Assembly (NCBI GenBank): GCA_026396275.1
Contig: JAPLXC010000005.1
Location: forward strand, 1,615-65,614
Source: Candidatus Moraniibacteriota bacterium
GTDB taxonomy: Bacteria; Patescibacteriota; Minisyncoccia; Moranbacterales; JAPLXC01
DNA: 64,000 nt
Direction of reading: 5' to 3'
Part shown: piece after piece, positions 8,282-17,745 of the stretch
Position numbering within the stretch: the first letter of the stretch is position 1
How the letters are laid out: every line of letters starts with the position of its first letter
Made by a program: the position numbers and the translations under genes
Notes under the pieces: generated by a model
Told to the model about the DNA's origin: nothing
The model's database searches: none
What the model saw: the letters and a program-made list of their open reading frames with translations, nothing else

Positions 8282-9274
8282 TTATTCTGATTGTTTTAAT
8301 GTAAGCCCGAACTCTCCGATCGATTTTTTAATTTCTTTAATCCCCTTCTCGCCCATTCCTTCAAGGTTTTTTAAATCCTCTTCCGTCATTTTAATAATAT
8401 TTTTCACCTTGGCGATTTTATTGGTTTCCAGTATGTTTAGTGTCCGGGTGGAAAGTCCTTTCAGTTCGGTAACTTTTATCCTAAGGGGATCATCCGGGAT
8501 GACTTGCTCGCCAGGCACCTCTTCGGTTTTTTCCTTGGCGGAAGAAACAGCTTCCAGCTTCCCAGCTGCCATTTCTGCTTCTTCTGCTGTCTCCACTTCA
8601 AGCAGCAGCGAAAACTGGTCAACCAAAATCTGAACGGCTTTCTGAAAGGCCTCTCGAGGAGTAATGCTTCCATCGGTGACAATCTCCAGCGTGATCTTGT
8701 TATAATCAGTTCTTTTTCCTACCCGCATATTCTCAACCTCGTAATTGACTCTTCTAACCGGTGTGTAGACGGTGTCAATGGCAATGGCGCCAATTTCTTT
8801 TTCTTTTCGCTCCTGCTGTTCAACCGGAACATAACCAATTCCTCCAGCTACTTCTAGTTCCATATCTATTTCTGTCTTTTTGTCGGTGACAGTAGCAATC
8901 AGCTGATCAGTATTAACAACCTCAATACCAGACGGGCATTTAATTTCACCGGCGGTGATTTTTCCTTCTCCTTTATGTTTCAGCACGACCTCCATTGGTT
9001 CATCGCCGTGCATCTTGAATCGAACCTTTTTGATATTAAGAATAATTTGTACCACATCTTCCATTATTCCCGGTATCGTGGAAAACTCGTGTGACACGCC
9101 TTTAATTTTTACCGATGTTACCGCCGCTCCGGAAAGAGATGAAAGCAATACTCTCCTAAGGGCATTCCCCAGCGTTGTTCCGTAGCCCGGATGGCAGTCC
9201 ATAATTTCAAATTTTCCGCTCCGTTCATCTATGGTAGTGTACTTCGGCTTTAGAGGAAGCGATATTGTTAGCAT
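8282..9274 (-). CDS. rpoA: DNA-directed RNA polymerase alpha subunit
   Basis: GTTLGNALRRVLLSS plus dimerisation and C-terminal domains. Start set at internal MLTISLPLKPKY by alignment to RpoA. Confidence 0.9.
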   Translation of the reverse strand: MLTISLPLKPKYTTIDERSGKFEIMDCHPGYGTTLGNALRRVLLSSLSGAAVTSVKIKGVSHEFSTIPGIMEDVVQIILNIKKVRFKMHGDEPMEVVLKHKGEGKITAGEIKCPSGIEVVNTDQLIATVTDKKTEIDMELEVAGGIGYVPVEQQERKEKEIGAIAIDTVYTPVRRVNYEVENMRVGKRTDYNKITLEIVTDGSITPREAFQKAVQILVDQFSLLLEVETAEEAEMAAGKLEAVSSAKEKTEEVPGEQVIPDDPLRIKVTELKGLSTRTLNILETNKIAKVKNIIKMTEEDLKNLEGMGEKGIKEIKKSIGEFGLTLKQSE

Positions 9275-9366
9275 AGTTTTAGCTTTCAGCTTGATTAGTT
9301 TTTTGGCTTTTAGAATTAATATTGATAAATCCCAATAAGCCAGCAAGCTAGTCAAGCTGTTAAAGT

Positions 9367-9999
9367 TTATCTTGAATAATACTCAACAACTAATTGAGGA
9401 TCAATGTTCATTCCCACTTCTTCGCGCTTGGGGATCGCGCTGATTTTTCCTGTCAGGGTGGAAGAATCAAACTGAATCCAGGAAGGAAAGTCCTTCTTAT
9501 TTTTCAAAATTGGAAGCTGCATGATGAAATAGTTTTTATTCTTTTTTGACTCTGAGATTTCTACTTTATCGCCGACTTTAACTTTAAAAGAGGGAATGTT
9601 GACCTTTTTTCCATTTACTAAAAAAGATCCGTGGCGCACTAGTTGGCGCGCGAGCTGCCTAGAACTTGCAAAACCAAGCCGGTAAACTATGTTGTCCAAG
9701 CGCATTTCCAGCCGTTCAAGCAGTAAATCTCCCGTAATCCCGGGTTTATGCTTCACTTCATTAAAGTGCTTCCTGAACTGCCGTTCCATAATGCCATAGA
9801 CCCTTTTAATCTTTTGTTTCATCGCCAACTGCCTTCCATATTCGCTTAATCCCCGCGACTTTTTTTTACCGTGTGCTCCCGGCGGATATGGCTTTCTTAT
9901 CATGGCGCATTTTGGCGAATTGCAGCGATCACCTTTAAGAAAGAGCTTTTCACCGGCTCGGCGGCACATTTTGCATTTGGAATTAAGAATTCTTGCCAT
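9367..9999 (-). CDS. rpsD: 30S ribosomal protein S4
   Basis: MARILNSKCKMCRRAGEKLFLKGDRC zinc-ribbon N-terminus and an S4 domain. Confidence 0.9.
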   Translation of the reverse strand: MARILNSKCKMCRRAGEKLFLKGDRCNSPKCAMIRKPYPPGAHGKKKSRGLSEYGRQLAMKQKIKRVYGIMERQFRKHFNEVKHKPGITGDLLLERLEMRLDNIVYRLGFASSRQLARQLVRHGSFLVNGKKVNIPSFKVKVGDKVEISESKKNKNYFIMQLPILKNKKDFPSWIQFDSSTLTGKISAIPKREEVGMNIDPQLVVEYYSR

Positions 10000-10099
10000 G
10001 ATGCTAATTATGATTCGAATTATATCCGAATTTCAATCCAAATTTTTAATAAAAATCATTCGGATATTTATTCGAATTTAATTCGGATGCTTATTCGAA

Positions 10100-10546
10100 T
10101 TACACCCGGCGCGGTTTCTTGGGCCGACAGCCGTTGTGAGGTATCGGAGTGACATCTTTAATTAAGACCAATTCAAATCCCCTGTTGGCCAAAGCTCGAA
10201 TAGCGGCTTCCCTGCCGCTTCCTACTCCTTTAACATAAACCTCGAGCTCGGAAATCCCGTATTTTTTTACTTTTTCTGTTACATCTCCCGCTACTTGAGT
10301 GGCAGCATAAGGAGTGGCTTTTTTCGCCCCCTTGAAACCCAAAAGACCGGAGCTTGACCAGCCAAGCATCGCGCCATTCAAATCTGTTACTGTTATCAGA
10401 GTATTGTTATAAGTGCACTGAATATAGGCCTTTCCTTTATAAATCTGCTGCCGAATTTTCTTTTTTTTCTTTTTCGGCAGTTCTTGAACGTCGGAGGTCT
10501 CACTCTTTTCTTCCTTATCTTTTCTAACTATATCTTTCCCAGCCAT
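10100..10546 (-). CDS. rpsK: 30S ribosomal protein S11
   Basis: C-terminal ...ALANRGFELVLIKDVTPIPHNGCRPKKPRRV. Confidence 0.9.
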   Translation of the reverse strand: MAGKDIVRKDKEEKSETSDVQELPKKKKKKIRQQIYKGKAYIQCTYNNTLITVTDLNGAMLGWSSSGLLGFKGAKKATPYAATQVAGDVTEKVKKYGISELEVYVKGVGSGREAAIRALANRGFELVLIKDVTPIPHNGCRPKKPRRV

Positions 10547-10618
10547 AAAGTTTCACTAATCACAAATTAAACACTTATGAGCAAATTAAAATTATTTATT
10601 CATACATTCGTACAAAAT

Positions 10619-10668
10619 TCGCCCGTCTGCCTCGATGGTCATCAAGGCATTTCGGGCAGGTATTTCGT
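10619..10668. repeat. GC-rich hairpin element, long-loop variant (CGCCCGTCTGCC...GGGCAGGTA)
   Basis: Flanks match the element at 8228; the loop differs. Confidence 0.4.
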
Positions 10669-10674
10669 AGAGAT

Positions 10675-11064
10675 TTACGTTTTTTCCGCCGCCGACTTGC
10701 GTCCGCTTCCCATAGTCCGTCGGACATTGCCTCTCACTGTTCGGCTGTTTGTCTTTGTCCGCTGGCCCCTGATCGGCAGTCCTTTCTGGTGTCGGCTTCC
10801 CCGGTAACAGCCGATTTCCTTGAGGCGCTTGATGTTCATTCTTACTTCATGCTTTAACTCCCCTTCTATCTTATACTTCTTTTCTATTTCTTCCCTAAGC
10901 TGATTGGCTTGCTCCGCCGTCAAGTCCTTCGCCCGGGTATTACGCGGGATGCTAAGATGATCCAAAATTTTCCCACTGGTAGAATGCCCTATACCAAAAA
11001 TATAGGTTAGCGCTATTTCTATTCTTTTTTCGTCCGGAAGGTTAACTCCCGCAATTCTTACCAT
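10675..11064 (-). CDS. rpsM: 30S ribosomal protein S13
   Basis: MVRIAGVNLPDEKRIEIALTYIFGIG... Confidence 0.9.
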   Translation of the reverse strand: MVRIAGVNLPDEKRIEIALTYIFGIGHSTSGKILDHLSIPRNTRAKDLTAEQANQLREEIEKKYKIEGELKHEVRMNIKRLKEIGCYRGSRHQKGLPIRGQRTKTNSRTVRGNVRRTMGSGRKSAAEKT

Positions 11065-11147
11065 GATACGAATTGTAATACGAATTATATTCGAATTATG
11101 GTCCGAATTCGTTTTTCATTCGGATTTAATTCGGATAATAATTCGTA

Positions 11148-11261
11148 TCACCCTTGGCGCTGCTTATGCTTGGGATTAGAACAAATCACGTAAATTTTTC
11201 CTTTACGCTTGACAATTTTGCATTTGGCGCAAAATCTTTTAACTGATGCCCTTACTTTCAT
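11148..11261 (-). CDS. rpmJ: 50S ribosomal protein L36
   Basis: Own translation gives [37 protein letters not shown] (37 aa). Absent from the track because it is under 60 aa. Confidence 0.85.
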   Translation of the reverse strand: MKVRASVKRFCAKCKIVKRKGKIYVICSNPKHKQRQG

Positions 11262-11395
11262 AAAGTTAGCTACTAAATACTAATCTTTTACGAATATACC
11301 AATAAGTTTAGATTTTTTCCAAAAAATTCGTATATTAGTATGTGATTCACCACCGCCCTGGCGGGGTCCCGCTACAGCGGGATAATTAGTAGATA

Positions 11396-11611
11396 TTATA
11401 ATCTCTTTACTATTCTTCCTTTCGTCAAATCATAGGGACTTAGCTCCAGCAGAACCCGATCGCCGGGAAGAAGGCGTATATAATTCACCCTCATTCTTCC
11501 TGAAATGTGAGCCATCACCTCATGCCCGTTTTCCAGCTGAACCTTAAAGGTCGTACTAGGGAGGGTCTCAATAATTGTTCCCTCAAGCTTGATTAATTCT
11601 TTGTCCGCCAT
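11396..11611 (-). CDS. infA: translation initiation factor IF-1
   Basis: 71-aa S1-like fold, ...[16 protein letters not shown]... Confidence 0.9.
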   Translation of the reverse strand: MADKELIKLEGTIIETLPSTTFKVQLENGHEVMAHISGRMRVNYIRLLPGDRVLLELSPYDLTKGRIVKRL

Positions 11612-11849
11612 AGATACTAATTATGATCCGAATTACATTCGAATTATTATCCGAATTCGTATTTCATTTGGATTTAATTCGTATTATCAATTCGGATCAA
11701 TACAAAAATAGAGGAGCTTTTATCCTGCCAACATTGCTCGCCAGATGACGAGAGACAGGAATGTAAGCGTTTCTATCCTAATTCCTGAAGTCCTACAATT
11801 TGCCACCTCTATTTTCCGCGCCTTATTTAGTTTTTCAAATGTCGTGTTT

Positions 11850-11877
11850 ATATTGTAACACCACGCTATTTTTTGTC
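11850..11877 (-). promoter_or_regulatory. sigma70-like promoter TTGACA-16nt-TACAAT for the infA/alpha operon
   Basis: Read on the minus strand: TTGACAaaaaatagcgtggtgtTACAAT, about 240 nt upstream of infA. Confidence 0.5.
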
Positions 11878-11887
11878 AATACCGATT

Positions 11888-13309
11888 TTACAAATTTAAT
11901 GTCCGCAACTCCACCGTGGTCTGTTTTTCGTAAGATGGAATTCGACTGGGAAAAAACTTGGGCCAAAAGTCAACTTCAATCCTCTCGATCTGAGGATAGT
12001 TTTTAAGCGTGTCTTTAATCTGCTCTTCATTCTTGCCCAAAAGATCTTTTTTCAACTGCTCAAGATTCAGTTCGGGATTTAAAATAATTTTCCCGTGGAC
12101 TTTGATCTTGACAATCCGGGCGCTAAAATCGGGAGAAATGTTCCCGTACTCAACTTGAACGGCTACCGGAGCAACTGACTCATTTTCTTCGGATTTTTGC
12201 CAAAATACTCCTGTAATTATTTTCTTAGTGTCGTCCTCTGAAAACGCGATTGCTCGGGCGGTAACTTTTATGTAATAATCAAAATTATCTTTCAGGTCTC
12301 CAACCTTTGCCGCGGGAGCCGCATCTTTTATTTCCTGTTCCAGCGCTCCCGGCAGAAGAATGTATCCGGCCGGAAAATCTTTTTTCAATTCCTCTTCCAG
12401 CTGGGCTTTAATTTCTGTTTCCGCCTTGCGCTTTGCCTCGTCAATATCCTGCTGAGAAACGATGGGAGTCGCAGTCCCTCCTGATCCGCCACTAGTCATT
12501 GGCTTTGTAGAGCGAGCGTAAAATTTTTCGTACTTGGGACCCCCCTCAAATCCGGGGATTGAAAACTCTGAAAGGCCAATGTTATAGGACTCTCCCGACT
12601 CATCCGCTATGACTTCCGCTTCAATCGCTCCTGGTTGGGCCTTGCCCTCCACTGAAGTCATTCCAGGCACAGTTACTCCCTTAACTAGGCGAAAAAGTTT
12701 TCCGTCTGAAGAAAGAAGGCGGGTAGTAGCTACAAGCGGCTGGGAAGAATTGCTATATTCATTGTAAATTACCACTTTCCCCCGAGCTTTCTGCAAAGAA
12801 GAAGCGCTTTTTCCGGTTGTCTGATAAGACACTGTAAGTTCCTTCTCTTTTTCGGTTACCTTTATGGGAATTGTCTGGGACTGCATATCCGCCTCGGAGC
12901 GAGCAGCATCTCCCGTTATTTCCAGATCCATTTCCTGGATCTTATGGCGGGGGTAGATAATAACTTTTGAGCGCGGAATAAATAAATACGCGGCCACTCC
13001 TGATCCGGCAAATAAGCATATAGAAATGAATATCACCAGAAGCTTTTTGGCTTTTCTAGAAATCGGCTCGGAAAGGCGCTCATCGGGTTTGGCAGTTTTT
13101 TTGGAAACCGGTCCAGTAACAGGCGTCTCGGACTCAACAGCTTTTTTGTCAACTTGAAAAAAGCTCTCTAACTTTTTTTCCTTTTGAGGACTGAGTTTTC
13201 TCTCAAACTGAAATCCTTTGGCAAGAGGAATATTTTCCTCGATTCTCTTTCCTCCAGAAGAAACAAGCACGTCATTTATAGCCGGGCTTCTCCTCGGAGT
13301 AGGCGCCAT
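11888..13309 (-). CDS. hypothetical single-pass membrane protein (473 aa)
   Basis: Track ORF with one TM helix (LLVIFISICLFAGSGVAAYLFI). No known family. Confidence 0.4.
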   Translation of the reverse strand: MAPTPRRSPAINDVLVSSGGKRIEENIPLAKGFQFERKLSPQKEKKLESFFQVDKKAVESETPVTGPVSKKTAKPDERLSEPISRKAKKLLVIFISICLFAGSGVAAYLFIPRSKVIIYPRHKIQEMDLEITGDAARSEADMQSQTIPIKVTEKEKELTVSYQTTGKSASSLQKARGKVVIYNEYSNSSQPLVATTRLLSSDGKLFRLVKGVTVPGMTSVEGKAQPGAIEAEVIADESGESYNIGLSEFSIPGFEGGPKYEKFYARSTKPMTSGGSGGTATPIVSQQDIDEAKRKAETEIKAQLEEELKKDFPAGYILLPGALEQEIKDAAPAAKVGDLKDNFDYYIKVTARAIAFSEDDTKKIITGVFWQKSEENESVAPVAVQVEYGNISPDFSARIVKIKVHGKIILNPELNLEQLKKDLLGKNEEQIKDTLKNYPQIERIEVDFWPKFFPSRIPSYEKQTTVELRTLNL

Positions 13310-13317
13310 TTCCTTGC

Positions 13318-13824
13318 TTATTCTCTCCTGGCCCGGTCTTTGCCTTTCGGTAGCCGGACCGCGCCGATTGCCTTCTTGGCTGATTTTCCGGTCTTATCTT
13401 CCTCTTCGTCGAAAAATTCTTGAGAGCCGATATTTTCCAGTCTTTCCCGCTTATCGACTCTTCTGACGGAAATTTCCTTCCCGCCGGTTAACTGCTTGCT
13501 GGCAGAAAGCAAAGTCAAATTCTCATCTTTCTCGCGAGCAGTCTCCAGTCCGTCTAAGTTCGAGCGAACCATTATTCCGACTTTGCGAGCCAGCGTCTCG
13601 CCGGCTTCATCTTGAGTGACAAAAACAATCTGCTTTTTTAACTTTTCTGCTTCCTTCTTAAGTATTTTTAAATTTACAACACTTTGCAAGACCATCGCTC
13701 GTTTGGGAACAACAAAAAAGTTTTCGCTCACCTTGGATTTTCTAAGGCGATCAACTAGGGAAGTAATTTCTTCATCGCCGCCGATGTATAATAACTGGTG
13801 CATAAATTTCCTTAATGTTGGCAA
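13318..13824 (-). CDS. hypothetical protein (168 aa)
   Basis: Track ORF tightly spaced with its neighbours. Confidence 0.4.
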   Translation of the reverse strand: MPTLRKFMHQLLYIGGDEEITSLVDRLRKSKVSENFFVVPKRAMVLQSVVNLKILKKEAEKLKKQIVFVTQDEAGETLARKVGIMVRSNLDGLETAREKDENLTLLSASKQLTGGKEISVRRVDKRERLENIGSQEFFDEEEDKTGKSAKKAIGAVRLPKGKDRARRE

Positions 13825-13871
13825 TTATTGAATTTAGGGAGAAAATTAGCCAAACCCGAATTTGGCTTGCG

Positions 13872-15137
13872 TTAGTTCTGAATGGATTGCACAGCCCTTC
13901 TTAAAATTCCGGCCATTACTTTTTCCTCCCCCGCGATATCCAGAGTCAAATTGGCCAGCCCCATCGGAGTCACATCTTGCGGACTGCGAAGCTCTCCCGT
14001 GCTGTCAATAATCCGGACCACGTCCCGGGGCTGTAAAAAATTTACCGCCGGTGCTTTAGCGAAAGGAAGGTTTTTCGTCCACTCCTTTGAGGAAAGTATC
14101 TTCCGAATACCCGGCAGAGCTGATCCTCCTCCGCAGAGCAAAATTTTTGAAGGCAAAACATCGGAACCGGCGAATTCCTCCAGTGAAAGCTCGACGCCGC
14201 TCAGCCAAACCAGATAATCATTCCTCAAAATCTGCTCGATTTTCAAACCGACATCAGCGCCTAATTTCCCTTCGGAGTATTTTATTTTGAGTACCTCGGC
14301 TTCGTCAAAACTGACCCCCAGTTCCTGGGCAAGCCGTTTGGTAAAAGCTATCCCGCCGAGAGCAAACATTTTTGTCCCTTCCAGGCCTCCATTGCGAACA
14401 ACAGCAATGTCCGTCGTTCCGCCGCCCATATCAATGAAAATAGCGCTAAAATCCAGAATGTCTTCATAATCCACTGATCGGGCAACAGCGTATGGCTCCG
14501 CCACTATGCTTAAAAGGTTGATTTCTAATTCATCGGCAATTGTCTGAAGGGCGCCCAGATGAATCATTGGCGCGTAAGCATTAAAAACGCTTATGGAAAC
14601 GTCTTTCCCTTGAAAGCCGGAAGGATTAGTTATTTGATAGCCATCAATTCGCGTGTCAACAATGGCAGCGTTAATAAGACGCACCTCGATGTCATTCTGT
14701 CCTGTTTCCCAAGCCAGCTGTTTCTGAATCCGTTCAAATGCCTTAACTTGGACTTTTTGGATAATGTTTTTCAGTTCTGGAAGATCGATCTTCGCTTCCG
14801 GATTGGCCCGCTCGTAATGAACAGTGGTGGTAGTGCCCTTTACCAATTCTCCGGCAATGCCGACAATGGCTTTTTTTATCTTTTTTACTCCCGCCTGCTT
14901 GAGAGCCGCGCTGATCGCCTCCTGGCAAGTGGCGATTACTCCACTTATGTCCGAGACCGCTCCGCTTTGCATGTTTCCGTGTTTCTGGAACGCCTTTCCC
15001 ACTCCGATAACTATTCCTTTCACTTCCTCTGAATACAATTCAAAAACCAGCGCTTTAACCACCCCGGTGCCGATGTCCAGCGCTAAAACTAAGTCGGAAT
15101 ATCCTTTGCCCTTAAAAATTTTCGAAAGAAAACTCAT
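13872..15137 (-). CDS. ftsA: FtsA/PilM-family actin-like ATPase
   Basis: LALDIGTGVVKALVFE phosphate-1 motif and an actin-like fold over its length; 421 aa fits FtsA. Confidence 0.65.
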   Translation of the reverse strand: MSFLSKIFKGKGYSDLVLALDIGTGVVKALVFELYSEEVKGIVIGVGKAFQKHGNMQSGAVSDISGVIATCQEAISAALKQAGVKKIKKAIVGIAGELVKGTTTTVHYERANPEAKIDLPELKNIIQKVQVKAFERIQKQLAWETGQNDIEVRLINAAIVDTRIDGYQITNPSGFQGKDVSISVFNAYAPMIHLGALQTIADELEINLLSIVAEPYAVARSVDYEDILDFSAIFIDMGGGTTDIAVVRNGGLEGTKMFALGGIAFTKRLAQELGVSFDEAEVLKIKYSEGKLGADVGLKIEQILRNDYLVWLSGVELSLEEFAGSDVLPSKILLCGGGSALPGIRKILSSKEWTKNLPFAKAPAVNFLQPRDVVRIIDSTGELRSPQDVTPMGLANLTLDIAGEEKVMAGILRRAVQSIQN

Positions 15138-15151
15138 TGTTTTTTAAATTT

Positions 15152-16162
15152 CTAAAGCCCTATGGCTCTTGCCTTTATCTCCTTGATTTTTTCGCTCATT
15201 TCCGCCTCGTTCAAAAGTCCCCCATGCGCTCCATAAAACTTAACTGAACTTCCTCCATTGGCAATTCCCCACCGCAGCGATTCATTAAGATCTTTTCCTT
15301 TTATTGTCGCCGCCAAAAAACCGCTGGAGAAAGCATCGCCGGCTCCTGTGGTTTCCAGTGGTTCAGTCACGATTGCTTCCGCCTGGAATATTTTATCTCC
15401 GCCGTATGACCAGGCCCCCCTGGCTCCGTCGGTTAAGGCCACTATCCGCGGACCCAGCTCCTTCAGAGTTCTGATTAGCGTCACTTCATCATTTAATTGA
15501 TCAGTGGAAAATCCTTTGCCTAAAGAGGAAACGATTTCAATTGATTCATCCTTATTTAAAAGCAGCAGATCGCAGGAGTGGACGGCTTCAATTACTTTTC
15601 CCACATTATCATGAATGGTTTTTTGTCGGGGATTAAAAGCCAGATGAACTTTATTTTTAGCAGCAAACTCAATAATCTTTGCGAGATTTTCTTTCCATTT
15701 TCCACTAAGATCGCCGATAAAAATCCATTCGGGATTTTCTATTTTTTCCGGAATAAATTCCAGTTTCGCGTTGGCTTTCTGGTTAGAAAATATGACGCGC
15801 TCCCCGCTCTCTTTATCCACCACAATCGCCGAAAGATCGCTTTGGCAATCATTTTCCCGTCTTAGATAACTGGTGTCTACTCCCACTTTTTTAAACTCAT
15901 TTTTTATCCATTCTCCCGCCAGATCATCGCCGATCGTAGTGTAGCAAGAGGCGCCCAGTCCTAGGCGCGCTAATCCGCCGGCGACATTAGCCGCGCATCC
16001 TCCCAGCGCCTCAAAGCGATCATCAATGTGATATTTAGCGCCCAGCTCAAAAGCTATTTTCCTTTGAGACGTTAAGTCCTCCGGGGTATCAAGAATAATC
16101 CCATCGCTGGTGGGAAAAAAGATGTCTTTTGAGGTGGAACCAATGCAGATAATTCGCGCCAT
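15152..16162 (-). CDS. PfkB-family carbohydrate kinase (ribokinase-like)
   Basis: GGCAANVAGGLARLG and TGAGDAFSSGF motifs. Confidence 0.8.
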   Translation of the reverse strand: MARIICIGSTSKDIFFPTSDGIILDTPEDLTSQRKIAFELGAKYHIDDRFEALGGCAANVAGGLARLGLGASCYTTIGDDLAGEWIKNEFKKVGVDTSYLRRENDCQSDLSAIVVDKESGERVIFSNQKANAKLEFIPEKIENPEWIFIGDLSGKWKENLAKIIEFAAKNKVHLAFNPRQKTIHDNVGKVIEAVHSCDLLLLNKDESIEIVSSLGKGFSTDQLNDEVTLIRTLKELGPRIVALTDGARGAWSYGGDKIFQAEAIVTEPLETTGAGDAFSSGFLAATIKGKDLNESLRWGIANGGSSVKFYGAHGGLLNEAEMSEKIKEIKARAIGL

Positions 16163-16186
16163 AAATTAAAAATCAAATATCAAAAA

Positions 16187-16382
16187 TCAAAATGTCAATG
16201 CAAAATGTAAAAATGGTTTTATTCTTTTTGATTTTTAATTTATCATTTTGCCTGCCCGAAATGCCCTCTATATTAAACTGACCAGTTTTGTTTGATTTCA
16301 TAAGAACGCAATTTTTCTAAATTATTTAAAGATTTCAAGGCAGGCGGGCATTTTGATTTTTGCATTTTGATTTCTTATGTTT
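16187..16382. repeat. AT-rich element bounded by inverted repeats CAAAAATCAAAATG(C/T)AAAA (family 2)
   Basis: Inverted 25-30-nt arms at 16187..16235 and 16335..16382. Homologous arms occur at 59779..59925 and 23470..23556. Confidence 0.45.
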
Positions 16383-16396
16383 GAAACTTTAATTGA

Positions 16397-17731
16397 CTAT
16401 TTATCCAGTAAATCCTCCTCTATTTTTAATAATCTGTTATATTTAACTATTCTCTCTCCTCTGGAAAGTGATCCTGATTTGATGAAGTCCGCTCCGGCGC
16501 CCACTGCCAGATCGGCAATGAAATCATCCGTTGTTTCTCCCGAACGATGAGAGATAATTATTTTCATTTTATTTTTTCTAGCCAGTTCTATGCAAGAGAG
16601 CGTTTCGCTTAATGTTCCTATTTGATTAACCTTAATTAATGCGCTGTTACATGCTTTTTCGGCAATAGCTCGCTTAAGACGCTTGATGTTAGTTACCAGC
16701 AGATCATCTCCAATAATCATATGCTCTTTTAAGATACTGCGCTGGATTCCCTGAAAAAGCGGCTTCTGGCCAACTCGTTCCATTAAGTAAGCCCATCCAT
16801 CCCAATCTTCCTCCTGCAGTCCGTCCTCAATAGAAACAACGTAATATTTATCAATGAATTCACGGTACAAATTAACCAAACCCTCCCGTCCCAACGATAC
16901 TCCTTCCGGTTTGAGAACATACTGGTTATCCTCTCTTTGATAAAAAGAAGTGGCCGCCGCATCCAGTCCCAAAACGATGTGAGCGCCTAGCAGATATTCG
17001 CTTTCCTTAACCGCCCGGGTAATGAATTCCAGTGCCTGGCTGTTGCTTTCCAGCCGGGGGGCAAAACCGCCTTCGTCTCCCACTCCGATGCTATAATCGC
17101 CTCTTCCCAAGAGGTCTTTAAGGTTCCAAAAAATCTCGCTTCCCGCCCGGAGTTGTTCAGAAAATGATTTAATTCCCGTTGGAATTATCAAAAATTCCTG
17201 AATGCTTAAGCCCGAGTCGCTGTGACGGCCGCCATTGAGCACATTAAACATCGGGATGGGTAGTTTTAGTTTTTGTTTGCCCACTGAATCTTTACCACCG
17301 AAAAGATTTTTAGGGTTTGAGATTTTATTTATATATTCGTAAAGAGGTACCTTTTCACTTTGAGCTGCCGCTCGGCAAACCGCCAGCGACACACCCAAAA
17401 TGGCGTTGGCTCCCAGACGGGATTTGTTCTCCCTTCCATCCAGCTCAATCATTGCTTTGTCAATTTTCTCCTGATCACCGGCAGGCATTCCCTTAAGCGA
17501 CTTAAAAATCTCCGTGTTCACATTCTCTACGGCTTGCCTTACTCCCTTTCCCTGATAGCGCGATTTGTCACCGTCGCGCAACTCAACGGCTTCAAAAGTA
17601 CCTGTCGAAGCACCTGAAGGAACAGCGGCTACTCCGATTTCCCCATTGTCCAGTTCAATTTCTACCTCAATGGTGGGATTCCCCCGCGAGTCCAGAATTT
17701 CCCGCGCCTGTATTTTTTTAATTTTTGACAT
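16397..17731 (-). CDS. eno: enolase
   Basis: MSKIKKIQAREILDSRGNPTIEVE... full-length enolase. Confidence 0.95.
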   Translation of the reverse strand: MSKIKKIQAREILDSRGNPTIEVEIELDNGEIGVAAVPSGASTGTFEAVELRDGDKSRYQGKGVRQAVENVNTEIFKSLKGMPAGDQEKIDKAMIELDGRENKSRLGANAILGVSLAVCRAAAQSEKVPLYEYINKISNPKNLFGGKDSVGKQKLKLPIPMFNVLNGGRHSDSGLSIQEFLIIPTGIKSFSEQLRAGSEIFWNLKDLLGRGDYSIGVGDEGGFAPRLESNSQALEFITRAVKESEYLLGAHIVLGLDAAATSFYQREDNQYVLKPEGVSLGREGLVNLYREFIDKYYVVSIEDGLQEEDWDGWAYLMERVGQKPLFQGIQRSILKEHMIIGDDLLVTNIKRLKRAIAEKACNSALIKVNQIGTLSETLSCIELARKNKMKIIISHRSGETTDDFIADLAVGAGADFIKSGSLSRGERIVKYNRLLKIEEDLLDK

Positions 17732-17745
17732 AATTATTACTATTA

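Noticed and set aside
8226-8633. Track ORFs antisense to rpoA, rpsD, eno, pgk, proS, hisS and others (for example 8504..8857, 9871..10152, 17360..17617, 34558..34818, 36780..37193)
   Set aside because: They overlap well-supported conserved genes on the opposite strand and lack start contexts.
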